NCBI GenBank assembly: GCA_046563655.1
Contig: CM102285.1
Location: 6,882,001 to 6,946,000 of the forward strand
Length of the DNA: 64,000 bases
Reading direction: 5' to 3'
DNA from: Yuukianura sp. NJ FZ-2021
Taxonomy: Eukaryota
Below are positions 49,951 to 62,832 of this stretch, one piece after another. The stretch's first letter is position 1. Every line of letters begins with the position of its first letter. Below the pieces are notes generated by a model that was given only the letters and a program-made list of their open reading frames with translations, did no database searches and was not told where the DNA came from. Position numbers and translations under genes: made by a program.

Positions 49951-52900
49951 TGCGAGAAATGACAAGTTTAATACAGGCATCTGTTAAGCTTCCGAGGGAA
50001 TATGAGCTCTATAAACTGAGCCGCAGTACATCACTTTCCCCACGTCAGACTTATGTTCATTCTTCCTACAGCATCGCAAATACTTCTTAAGATGCCTAAA
50101 CAAATCAATACAACCAGGGTTACAAAAAATGTTTTGTCATGTTTGTATTCCTGTATCCGGTTAAGTTGAAATCCAATTGAAAAGTAAAGTGAATACATAA
50201 GTCATCTCTCTAACAGATGAAGGGTCTTGTTCAGGAAATTAAAAAAAAATATTGGCGTTTTTCAATTACATAGCCTTCAGACGTAAGCTGAAAATGAAAT
50301 CTGAATCGGAAATGAAAATCCTTTCCGTGAAGCCCACATTTGGTCATGTCTACTTTACATAATCAGTACATAATCCAAATGTACAGGTATATGTGGGTAA
50401 TGCCAACTAACAATATTGCAAAGAATTGCAAATATTAGTAAAAGAAGCCTTTCCAAGTCCATCTGAGCAGCGTTTATGGATTCATTGAGAACTGATGCTA
50501 GTGTCAGCTTCAAAAAAAAAGTTTAAAAAAAAGCAGACCATTCGCTGAAATAACACCAGCGGTCGTAGCTACTACTATTGTTTTGATAATTCAAAAGTAA
50601 TAATGCAATAATGTAAAGTCCAATAAGTTCACTTGTGTAGCGCGTGTCAAAAGCGGAAAAGTGGCGCATTGGCTTAACACAGATTAGTGTCACTTTTCTT
50701 GTCACTTCGTTTACATCAGCGTCAAAATATTTGACAGGATTTTGTGCTTTACAATCTAATGGATGCTAGTTTCTACTGAACCAACACTCAACTTTAGTTT
50801 TTACGCAGAACCTTTTGCTTAACCAACAGGAAACTATTTGAACTATTTGACCCTGCTTTATTGAACATTCTGCTATGCAATGATTGATGGAATCATGCTA
50901 TCGTGCAATCATCAATATTACAAAAGGCCCCAGGCAAAAACCAAGCCTGTTATGAAACGGATTTGTACAGCATTCAATCGAGTCGGGGAAAATTAAATCT
51001 TTGAAGTGAAGGTGATTGATAGGGGTTGTGTTCTTTCAAAGCTTTTATGTTATCCCCAACGCCGTACCTGCCATATTTAACTAATTTGACATTGTGTTTG
51101 ATCAATGGTACGTTACACTCAATTTTGACGTGGGGTACGTGGGCATGAGGAAAGATGACGCTGTAAAAGTTAGCATGACGATGACGAAGTCAAATGTTAT
51201 GAGTAAGTTTAGAACAATGGGGAATGACCATCAGTATTGTACATACTGAGCGAATTAGCCTGCTGAAGTGCTGTTAGTTTCTCAAAATCTCGCAAAAATC
51301 TGAAAACGTCGGGCAATTGTCGTTGGAAAAACCTAAGCTTATGCTATTTGGTTACAGTTTGCAAATTGCCAAGTTAATTCTAGTGTATTCGAGTTTCAAA
51401 GTAATTTGCATCTGCGCTATGAGATTTTTTGCTACATAATACACCAGAATTTATGTCACCGGAAAGAAGTTTGGAAGCATGTAAATGCTGTATTTCTGCG
51501 CATAATATTTTATTTTTATTTTTTTGTATTTTTGTATTTTTTTACACTTGTATTTTTTTTTGTAATTGTTCAGAAAAGGATTCGAAGATAAAGATGTAAA
51601 CTTCAGCGAATTCGACAAGAAGAAATCGCTTCGTTTAAGCACATTTCCTTTTTTTTAGTGCAGAATATAACGTAAACGTAACACCACAATATTGTTAAGG
51701 TTTTTTACGCTTTGGCTCATTTGTGCCATCGGAGCATATACAAACTTTGATCGAAACAAAGAACACGTAAGAACATAAAAAAACGAGCTTTATTCAGCAC
51801 GCGATTAATGGAAAAAGCAACCTCCAGAAAACGCTTGATATACGTAAAGCTTTCAACTTTAATTTTATATGTGACATCGTGAGCTTTTTTGATGCCGCAT
51901 TCTCCATCTTCCTAAAATTACTTGAATAACGGCACAAGTACTCCAGTAGTGTTGCAAAACAAAGCACCACTTTCATAGATAGCATACGGGCGTTTTTCTT
52001 ATGTTCCCAAGACATTTATGACTTCTGACACGAAGACTTTGTGTTTGCGTACATTGCGGAAAGCAATGCAAGGCATTCATGGCGCTCTAAATTGCTCCGT
52101 GCACTGCATGGGGATTAGGTTTACAAATAAATTCCAGTCACAATTCTTGAAAAGCTTTTGCGAACTCCGCTTCACTATGTTCTTAAAAAATGTTGAATAA
52201 AGCTACCCCTTAACTGATAAAGTATTTTCCAGGCTCAGTTTTGCTTTCACTCATTCCTTAGGGAAACCTGCAGTTACACGACAATAACCCTGTTCATCGA
52301 AGGTCTATGACGACCGAATCATAATTCCTACAACAAGGTCATCCAGTAATTCGGGATTTAGAAAAATCATGCTCCAAACAATTAAATAATTTGTTGCAGC
52401 AATTTTGCAACAACTCTGTTGACATTACTAGAAGCAAGAAAAGAGCTTAAAGTTCGTAGAAAAGAACTTTTGTCATTTTTTGAACAGCATTTAAAACTTG
52501 GACTTATTTGACTTGTTCTTTAAGAAGCTCGGTGTTCGTGTATGTCTTGTTTTGTGACAATCCGTAAAGCTAATTTGAATTTTGCATCTGTTGTACCACG
52601 AATCATCTTCACTATTGAATGTCATCCAGATCGTTGGCTCCTACTACGGGGAAGGCCAACGTCATCATGAGCATTTTAATTGAACCCGAAATACTACACA
52701 AAAGCTGTTCTAGTCATCATCGTAACGAAATGGGGAGTCAACATTACAACGTGCAAAGTTTGATATCCTTAGCCAAGGCATTGGAGTACAAAACAATTCC
52801 GGATTTAGAGGGAGGAAATTTCATTATCAACTCTCGCCCTTCCCCGTGTTGATTTTGTTTATCTAGAAAACGTACTTTTAAGTACTTGTATGTTTTTACA

Positions 52901-55540
52901 CACTATCTGTTTAGGATTTTAATCCTTATGAAATCACTGCTTACAAAATTGAGCCTAAAAATGAACCTGCTGCGATGGGTAGGAAAGTACCGCGGAGGTT
53001 AGGTTTGCTTTGAAGTGTAAGAATAAAGGCACTAAAGCTGCCACTGGAATGACGCAACCTCAAAAATGCTGCGAGGCATGCCGTATGCAGAATTCTTCAT
53101 CGTGCGTGGAATTTATTTGATGTTTTGGAAGATGAAGAGAGAATCTTTGGTCACGTCCCTCCACCATGTTGAAATTAGTCTATTTAAGTGTGCATAGCCC
53201 AAAAGTTTTAGATAAAGGGTATGGCCCAAAGTCCTTAAGAAAGTTGTCCCGGTAGTATTCGAATGACATTTTTACCAGCTCTTTAGGACAATACTGGGAT
53301 CATATGTGCAAAATTTCAGACCCCAAGAAAGGATAGGTCACGGGTGACTGGAGAACAAAAGTCAGGACGTAATCCTACGATTACGCCATGCAAGTAGCAT
53401 ATCGGCGGAAGGATCTTCACCTCCGCATTCAGAAAATGTATATGTCACTATCTACGACGTTAGGGAACAAAATTACTACGAATTCAATTATGAACTGTAT
53501 GTCGCAATCGACCTCCAATTTCCGACTGCGACATGTAATATGCAATAACTTTGTTGTCTAACGTCATACACATTTTCACATATACATTTTCTGAATGATT
53601 AGGAGGTCAAACCCTTTCCCATGATAGGATGCTACTTGCATAGGGTCGTCATAGGAAGAGAAATAGCCCTAACTAGTGAACTAATTTTGATTTGCGAGAG
53701 GCGGAACGCACAGAAATGATAAATGAAAGTAAAATATGAAATTGCTGCAAAACTACTTACTTCTCCAAGGAAAAAATTGCCACATATTTTGCACTCTGAC
53801 AGCGAAGCACATGTGCAACACTTTCTCCAAAGCTTTAACATAGGCATGCCAATTGGAAAGTTGCAAAAAACGTAATATGCTGCAGTTGAGCGGAAATGAT
53901 TTGCAGAGGAATCAATTTACAACGTCGTAAAAGCAATATCTTTTGTAGTGTTTTGTACACAATGAGCTTGGCTTGACTTTATTCAACTCAGAATCAATTG
54001 CGGTTTGTTTTGTACTTACGGAAAAAAGTGGCTAACCCCATTCACTTTAGTTTATTACCACTATCAACAAGTAACGCTCATAACAGTTTACTTTTAGTGA
54101 AACTAAAGGAAAAGGTGGTCTTGCGTCACGGAGGTGTCAATGCACAAATCATTGCTGTTTAGCGTCAGTTGGGTAAGACAGCCGTGGCATTTTAAAAGCA
54201 TTTACAAGGCCCTTTTCTAGTAACTTGGAAATCGAAGATGTATAGTAGACTAATTTCATTACGACATGTGAAGCCATTAGTAAAATCTAACGAGACGTGA
54301 TCGTTACATCAATATCAATAAATTCCGCCAAACTTTTGCATATTCGCATTATCGCATATTCGAATCGCATCCGAAAGTTCCACAACTTTGTAGCCAAAGT
54401 GAGACACGAATTCGTCGAAAGTTAGATTACGTTGGGAAAGTTTGAAAGTTGTCTAAAAAGTTAGCACGCGCTCAACAAAAAGCTACTTTTCTTTAATTTT
54501 TTTTAAATATGTTTTTGCGATCCCGTGTGAGGTAGGTGGTTCGTTCCAAATTGTGAATACGGATTACATCTAACTTTTCTAAGTTATTTAAATCTCCCTA
54601 ATTTTGAATAATCATTTTATTTTACTAGGAAAAACGGAAGCTTAAAGTCACTTCTTGGGAAACCGTTATTCGCACCATACTTTATTACTTTCCAACTTTC
54701 TTTACTTGGCAGACGCCGTAAAAGGAGAAAGCAACTGGGCTCCCCTCAGAGCGAGTGAAAGTGTGCCAATAATGACGTTTTCTGCCATGAATGACACTTG
54801 ATGCTTATAGTTTTCACCTAATTGGTTCTCAAAATTTGAACCTTGACAAAATTGCAAAGAACCAGGTGATTTTGATGTGAAATGTGAAACGACCCTCTCT
54901 TAATTCACTGAACTCCCCTTTGTGCGCCTCTGGTTTTTCATTGTTAATACAGAGCTAATCGCGTTTAGAAGTTGAATCAGGCATTTACTTCGAAACTAAA
55001 TCCTACGAAATAGTTTCCTCCGTGGTAGGGTTTCTCTTGAATGTCATCAAGGGCAAACCATCATCATACTTTTGCATGAATGAATTTGAATCCCCAAATT
55101 AAAGTGAGTGTTTTGGATGAATTTGGGGGAATGAAGCTGGGTGAAAGTGATTCATGAAGCAGGATGGAGGAGTGTTTAGATGGTCATTAAGCTTTCTATT
55201 GTCCCAAACCATACATGCAGAAAAAGGAGGTCCTCATGCCTTGACATTGGTTTCGACAATTTCCGGGAAGTGAAAATCTTTAAACCACGAAATGTAAAAG
55301 AGGTTTTCATTCCAGCCACTTCAATTATTCTACCGTACACGCATTGGCTAACTTTAAAGAATTTCCCATCCCGCTTTTTTCTCGTTTAGCTAAATGAGAA
55401 AAGAAAAGGGTCAGGGGAATAGTCAGACCCAATTTTACAAACGAGCTTACGGCACCATAAAGAGGTTGTGTAAGCACTTGACACAATTAAAATAAAGTAA
55501 TTCTCCTTGACCTTAACCTAGATCTTGTTTTTAATTTCAG

Positions 55541-55572
55541 TGGCAGTCGTCGCAGCTTTCTTTGTTTGTTGG
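55541..55572 (+). CDS. Pyrokinin receptor-like GPCR, exon 3 (32-nt microexon, TM6)
   Basis: TTTCAG|TGGCAGTC...TGTTGG|GTAAG encodes VAVVAAFFVCW in phase with exons 2 and 4. Confidence 0.9.
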
Positions 55573-56624
55573 GTAAGCTACTTACAAATGGAGACTTTTT
55601 CCGCTCGGTTACTTAAAAAGTTTACACAACACTTTTTTTGGAAACTAATTCTAATTTGGTTTTGACGTTTACTATTGATCGACGCAACTGCACAAACTAT
55701 TGACTTCGCTGTTTTTTTTTAAAACGGGTTATTGAATTTCCACAGGGTTTCGCTAATTTTTTTTTGAGTGTCGAATCGAGTTAAGTTCTATAAATAGAAT
55801 TTCACTCAATAGGCAAGAATAATGTTTGCAATTAACAAATAAACCTTTGTTTCGCTACATTATTTCCATACTACTTTAGGTAGACTTACTTCAAAATATT
55901 CCAAACGTATCAGTCAGCAGTCAGCACACTACAAAAGTTAACTTTCAAAAACATATCTTCAAAATGACTAAAGAAAATGAAATGGACAAAAGGAAATCTC
56001 ATATTGTCAAACTCTGATCTGAACTCAATGCTCGATTTTAATTAACATCGTCACCACCATTGCCTTTGGGAAGTGCAGCTGGGTTCTTTAATTACTTGTT
56101 TTGATGTTGATTACAGACTGTACTTCGAGAATTGTTTTGTTTCATTAAACAAACGATGACTGAAGACTTGAGTGTTCTGACCATACATAATGAAAACTTA
56201 ACGCCGCGATGACAGAAATGATTTCCAGGGAACAATAATGTTTTGACAAAACAAAATTCATAGTTTAAGCACTAGATTGTATAGCACCTCATCATATCAG
56301 TGAACTTAAATACTGCGTCTTCACATTTATAGAATTTTCATTCACCGCATTGCCAATAATATAAATTGTACAGCTATATAATACGTGTTCCTTTACGAAA
56401 GCGGTATTGAAGATTTGGGTAGCTGACATAAATGAGGTTTATATGCTCATGTTTAATTCCAATTTATTACATAAACTCCTTCAACCAGTGTGGTTAGGTT
56501 GGTTAATTGTTTATTGCGGTAACTTTAATCAATTCAAAATCAAGGCCTACACCAATTTTAGCATCAAGTTACACGATCATGCCATTGATTCGGATATTTG
56601 CCTATACCGTAAAAGTTACAAAAA

Positions 56625-57190
56625 GTGGAAGGGACAAACTCCTCCGTAAGAACGTATAGTCGGTGCGATCCCGCTGAACTTTTTACCACTTATTAACACT
56701 TCTATGAAGGTCATTTAACCAAATTTTCAACTTCGTACGATCACTAGGTGACGAGGAATTAAGGGTCAAATGTCACGACATTGACCTATGATGACCCTAT
56801 GCAAGTGATAAATCGTTGGAAAGCCCTTGATCAGATTCAGAAAATTTATACATGTTGCCATTTCTGACCTTCAGTTCAAAAGTTATCACCCGGTCAAACG
56901 AAGACATTGCAGACGACACCGAATATACTTTTGAACTAAAGGGCAGAAATGGCAACTTCTATATATTTTCTGCATCCGGGGATTCAAGGGCTTTCCAACG
57001 ACATATCACTTGCATAGGGTCACGATAAGTTAATCTCGTGAACTCCTTTGACCCAAACTCCTCGTGACCTTGCGGTCGTACGAAGTTGAAAATTTGGTCA
57101 AATGACCTTCATAGAGGTCCTAATAAGTGGTAAAAATTTTAGCCGGATCGCCCAGACTATACTTCTCTTACGGGGTTTGTCCCTTCCCAT
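56625..57190. mobile_element. Foldback MITE with ~260-bp imperfect inverted arms
   Basis: GAAGGGACAAAC...GTTCAAAAGT mirrored by ACTTTTGAAC...GTTTGTCCCTTC; an older relative lies at ~53215-53700. Confidence 0.75.
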
Positions 57191-57277
57191 TTCTTCTGAA
57201 AGGAACACAACCATTAAAATAAATCAAATTTAAAAAATTGTCATGTAGAACCAATGCATTTTTGCATCTATTATGTA

Positions 57278-57402
57278 TGGTAAATAAGCTGTTCATCAGT
57301 TTGGAGTTGAGTTTGAGTATAGGAGAGATATAGCGGAGGCCTTCTCCTATATCTCTCCTATACTCAAAATCAACTCCAAACTGATGAACAGCTTATTTAC
57401 CA
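57278..57402. repeat. Hairpin with 56-bp arms, one mismatch, 13-nt loop
   Basis: 57278-57333 is the reverse complement of 57347-57402. Confidence 0.9.
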
Positions 57403-57575
57403 CAAATAGTACTATGGCGTGTTTCCAGGTTGTGATTCTGGAACTTCCATGTTTGGTTCTGTTTCTTTTTACTTTTTTATACCTAGCAAATAGACTCAAA
57501 ATCAGACCGGTTTTGTTTCGCTCATTTTTTTTTTAATTTGAGAGTCAAAACTTAATTTTTAAATTTTGCTTATAG

Positions 57576-57758
57576 GCTCCGTTTCACACCCAGCGCCTAA
57601 TATCAATCTGGGGCATGACATGGCTCGATTCTTCCGCTGGTCTGCGTCAAACGTATCACATCTTGACCTACGTCTCAGGCGTCCTCTACTACCTATCAAC
57701 TTGCATTAATCCAATTCTTTACCACATCATGTCGCTCAAGTTTCGGCATGCATTCCAG
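57576..57758 (+). CDS. Pyrokinin receptor-like GPCR, exon 4 (TM6 end, TM7)
   Basis: TATAG| acceptor; APFHTQRL...SGVLYYLSTCINPILYHIMSLKFRHAFQ (NPxxY, helix 8). Confidence 0.9.
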
Positions 57759-57974
57759 GCATGTTTTACTTGCTTTCTAACCTATAATTCCATAAACCAT
57801 TTTGCCAAAATAAATTTCACCTCATCATTCCTGTGGTTCATCGATCTGCACACGATACGCAAAGCAAACGTGGCTTATTTCAATATATTGCCCATGTTGT
57901 TTGAGATTTTATCAAATTCCTTGTTGATAATTTTTCGAAAAAATTTAATACTTAAAATTGTGGTGTTTGAGCAG

Positions 57975-58259
57975 GCGATGGTGAACAACGGTTGCATGAC
58001 AGGCACAGCTGTAAGGAGCAATCGTGAGCAGCAGATGTGGCTCAATGTGCCTGAGACTGTCCAGTTTCTTGAGCGCAGTTTATCATCACGTTCTTCCCGT
58101 CCAGGAAACGTCCTAGCACTTCTGGACCGGTCAATGCTGGGGGCATCTCACACTCCTTCCCCTGTCACATCTAATAATAATTGTTCCCCCGTCCCGACAA
58201 AGTATTATTTAGATATTCATAGCCCTGGTGTCCATGTTGGACCAGTTGCTACCCTCTAA
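57975..58259 (+). CDS. Pyrokinin receptor-like GPCR, last exon (Ser/Thr-rich tail); full protein ~462 aa
   Basis: GAGCAG| acceptor after a putative GC-AG intron 57759-57974; stop TAA 58257-59. Confidence 0.7.
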   Translation, partial: AMVNNGCMTGTAVRSNREQQMWLNVPETVQFLERSLSSRSSRPGNVLALLDRSMLGASHTPSPVTSNNNCSPVPTKYYLDIHSPGVHVGPVATL

Positions 58260-58820
58260 AAATATTGAAAACAAAATCTGGGTAAAATTTATAATGTCAT
58301 TAAAGACTACTTTCTACCTCTACTTTCTTCATGGTAGGTTGGGTTAAGTATTCAAGTTAATAACTTTTAGTTCAGGCCAAGGTTAGGTTTTTTTTTGATT
58401 TTTGATGTTGATTAGGTTAGGTTAGGTTACGTAAACAATGTTAGTGTGGTAGGTTGACTACAAGGGAACACATCCACTTTTATCGCAATCCTCTTTTGTA
58501 AGGGCCCACTTTTGTAAGAGTCCCCTTTTGTCTATCCACTTCTGTCGGCGGACCGGTATTACTAACATTTGTAAAACCAAGGTCCGAATAATTTGTTTGG
58601 CAGCATCTCCTTTTCTCTCAAACATTATTTTTTACAAACAAGCGGTTCAAATAGAAATCAACATGACATGAATTCGACACAATAGTCAAATTCAAAATTC
58701 TCCAGAGATTGTTGATTCAGAAGTTCGGATGTCTGTTCCCGTGGTTAATTTCGCGCGATAATAGCAATGTGTACACCCATTGAGATTGAGGATAAATCCC
58801 CTCTTGTCACAGTATGAATC

Positions 58821-59699
58821 AAGCCATTTTCGATTATACCAAAAAAGCAATCGATTACGGATTACTTCGTTGCATTTGAAATTCTGCAATCGATTACAGC
58901 CTCCGAATCCGATTACTTAAGCCTGTAATCGTATTCGAAAATTAGTAACTTGTAAGCGTAATCTTCCAATTAATTCGATTACATTTTTCGATTACAGACA
59001 TACTCAAAAGTTAAACATTTTTTCCTAAATTCATAGGCTAAAAGTTGAATTTTCTTAACATTTAGGACTCTACACTATATAATTGAACTTCTGGACCTGC
59101 CATTGTCGGCAGAAATTACTGCTTGTTGTCGGTCTTGACTCTTCTGTTAACAGTGGGCGCTCCAAGTATGGCAAACACTCTCCTATTACCCGAAATCTCG
59201 TGAGGAATAGACACGCGAGGTATTCCATGACACAATATCCAGAGTTGAGCTTATTTTGAAAAAAAGCCAGTAATCCAAGTATTTTAAAGAGGAGTCCGAT
59301 TACGACTACAATTACTCAGCCAATATTTTTGTAATCGATTACACTGTCGATTACGATTACGGAACCCGATTCAATTACGGATTACAGATTAATAATCCTT
59401 AACCGTATTCTACGTAATCTAACCCACAAAGTTCAATTAAATAGTGTAGAGTTCTAATGGTAAGAAAATTCAACTTTTATTGTATAAATTAAGGAAAAAA
59501 TGTTCAACTTTTGAGTATGTTTGTAATCGAAAAATGTAATCGAATTGTACGATTACGATTACAAATTACAAATTACTAATTTTCGAATACGATTACAGCC
59601 TTGAGTAATCGTATTCGAATGCTATAATCGTTTACAGAATTTCAAATGGAATCAAGTACGCCGTAATCGATTACGTTTTTAAATAATCGAAAATGGGCT
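58821..59699. mobile_element. Foldback MITE with GTAATC/GATTAC subterminal repeats
   Basis: ~260-bp inverted arms (58821-59080 versus ~59440-59699). Confidence 0.75.
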
Positions 59700-60257
59700 G
59701 CAGATAGGTTTGTGACATTCACAGATACCGCAGACTTCGAATTGAAGTCAAAAGTTTTACGTTTGGTGGGATTTTGATTTTAGGAGCCATTACTAGAAAG
59801 AAAAATAACGGTTTGTTAAGTCCTATTCCACCGCAACAGTTTGCCAAACTAATTCTGCGAAAACAGACTTTATGTCCTCCTAACGATGGTGCCTGGCATA
59901 TATATAAATTCATGTTTACATATTTAAGTCATTATAAAATTGTTTTTATTTCAATCTCTGTTGTTTACAATTTTGATAAATTCTGTTGATACCGTTATGA
60001 AAGCTTTTGTTCACATTTCTTCAATTACAAAGGATTTTGAGTCAAAATGAAATCTTTATAGTATTCCTTTATGTAACGTTAACTTTCAATTTTGCTTTTT
60101 ATTCTGGAATGCAAAATTAGCACCGATGGCGACATCTGAATCGACCTGAAAAGTAAACCAATTTAACATTAATGCATACTATAGTAGGTGCATACTGCTT
60201 TATTCAAACCTATACATTACAATTGTTGTACTGTTAAAATAGAGCATTAGGAGCAGT

Positions 60258-60455
60258 CTACTCACGAGGCGGATCCAATGGTGATACTTTGCTTCCTCCA
60301 CGACGCTGTCTCTGTACGCTTCCCTGGCTTTCCCCCCACGGTCCTAAATTCGTGTTTTCTGTGGCATCTTCAGATTTTGGCGGAGTACGAAACCTTACGG
60401 CTGCGGTGAAAATGGCAAGAAATGTAATCAAAATAAATATTCTTATCCACTTCAT
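60258..60455 (-). CDS. Small putative secreted peptide (65 aa)
   Basis: Signal-peptide-like N-terminus MKWIRIFILITFLAIFTAA, RQRR site, AATAAA ~55 nt after the stop. Confidence 0.45.
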   Translation of the reverse strand: MKWIRIFILITFLAIFTAAVRFRTPPKSEDATENTNLGPWGESQGSVQRQRRGGSKVSPLDPPRE

Positions 60456-62011
60456 TTTGTGTTTCAGAAGCTACGTACACAAAACGGGACTTGTGGAGAC
60501 GCAATGGCTCTGTATATGTCTAATGACAATCGTTGAATGAAAGAGTGTTAAGAGTACGTAGTAGTTCAGTGTCAAGTTCATGGTTTTATCAATGACTTTC
60601 TATCTCTGTAGATACCCGCTGGTCACAGGTAACCGCAAGCGTTGTTCCGTTTTAAAAATCTTTATCAAAGTTATGCAACCAAAGCGGAAGTGGTAGTCTT
60701 CCCATGGCTTATTCTAATTTCGGGAATTCGCGTATCCTAAATTCTTTTGTTTTTTTATTGAAATAGATTGGCAGGAAAATGATTGAACAATATTTCTAGA
60801 AACTCCCACGCTTTGCTTTCCACAAACATAATTTTATATGCCTAACCTATGTGGGTTTCTTTATTGCGTAGTAAGTATGTTGTCAACGGTTCAAACAACT
60901 AAAGCTGTCTTGCGTTTGATTCATGAAAATCAACTGATTTCTATTATTTTTACAATTACTCTGGGCTTTCGGATTTTGCAAATTGTTGACTGGAAACAAT
61001 TTGATTTCGCACGAAAGTTGCAACTTGCAACTTGCAAGTTATAACGACAATAGGTTATCTGAGTTGAGCTCCCTTCATTTGCGTTTTTTTTTAAACTAAG
61101 AATTTGGAACTATAGCAGATGGTTTGTGTTTTGTGAAGGATGAGAAGGGAGTTGAAATGAATGTTTTTGCTTTCTTTGATGAATTCAAGGTTGCTTTTCT
61201 CTCGGTAAAAAAATACATAGCTCTCGGGAAAACGAAAACGCTTCTGGACAGAATTCCTTTTTTTTTGGCAAATCATTTCCCTTCCCAATGTTCTACGCTC
61301 GCTAGCCCTGTGTGTATTTTAATTTTGGATTTTGGTGAAAGTGCTCTCGGCAACTATAGTCTTGCATTCTCCTCAGTTCCCCTTGTTCATCCTACAGGCA
61401 GGCCTTGAACTCCACTAGGCTGTTAAATTCGATTAGGAGCATTTGAATTAACTGACCAATTTACTCAAGTTGGAGATTCAAGATGTAAATTTAAATTCAG
61501 TGCGACGCTAGATTCAACTACAAGAGTGAGCAGTTAGCTTGGATTTAAGAGGAAAGGAACAGAGAAGGTAAATAAATCATTACCACCAGGATTCTCAAAA
61601 GCTCGTATTTTTTGGCACCTCTTTTAATTTTTTTTTCTTTTTTTTAATTTTCAAATGTCTTTTAATTTCTAATGTGAAAATTCAATTCCAATATTTACTT
61701 GAAGTTTTATGTTGCCCAAATTTTTTTGAACAATTTCCTTACAATTATATTTAAATATTAAATTTAGATTTGAGGAGCCATGGTTTCTGAAGTCTATTAA
61801 GTTAAGTTTGGCATGAAAATTTGACGAGTTTTATAAAAAAAAAAAAGAAGGAGAACTGAATGTAGATTTGAACTTCCCGCCCACTCTCCATCGCAAAAAA
61901 GGTTAGGTTAGGATTTAGTCTAGAAGTCTAGATTTCATATTGCAAAATGCTTACACATGCTTACCGTTCAGCAGTATGTCCGTATGTCCGTCTCCGTATG
62001 TTCAGCAGGTA

Positions 62012-62335
62012 TTAATAGCGAAAGCTACTTTAGCGCAGCAACCTTGTGCATCTGTTCTTTCGGCTGTCAGCGGCAATTATCTCGGAAGCGGCTCGACATT
62101 TTCAGGATCTGCTTACACGTTGAGCACCTAGCAACCAAGGAATGACCACTATTGATTATAATTCCTGTAGGTTAACAAGCTCCAGCTCAAAGGTCAAGGT
62201 CGTTATCTCTGTAGCATAGAAAATGACCTCAACAAAAGTTGTTTACCTGATCGAAACTAACAACTTTTATGCATTTATATTACATGACCCCACGTGACCG
62301 CCTTCCTTGTCAAAGGCCAACCTTTTTCTTTTTAC
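62012..62335 (+). mobile_element. Diverged family B HINE fragment
   Basis: AATAGCGAAAGCTACT hairpin, GTCAGCGGC.ATTATCTCGG and AAAGGTCAAGGTC core as at 2645. Confidence 0.65.
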
Positions 62336-62832
62336 CCTTCGTTGCCATTCTGTAGTGTGTTATACACTATACAGTTTACTCCAAAATACACTACCAGACT
62401 GTCGCAGTACACTCCAAAAAAGGCATTTTAGTCACTTAAATAGGCCTCAAAAATCGGTCCAGATAATTCCAAAAATGTTCTAGAAAAAGTGTGTTGCAAA
62501 GCATGCAACAATATTTCTCGGAGGCTTTGATTTGAAACTTGCGACACTATACAAAAGCATCTCAGATGACTTTCTTTTTAGACGTTTGGGTACGAATTAG
62601 CCGCCGAACTTAAACAAATTCAATCAATTTTATGAAAAATTTTGCCATTTTTGATTAAAAAAAATGACATATTTAAGCATATTTAAGCATATTTGACATA
62701 TTTAAGTCCTAGAACAGTTTTTATAATCAAAAAAGTTTTAAATCCTTTTTTTAGTTTCTAAAAGTCCGAAAATTCCTAAAAGTGCTAAAAAAGTATTTAC
62801 GTACTTATCTGACCTGTGATTGATTATGACAG

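Noticed and set aside
58413..58429. TTAGG repeats as telomere remnants (also ~400-420 and ~61900)
   Set aside because: Only 2-3 copies, probably part of dispersed repeats
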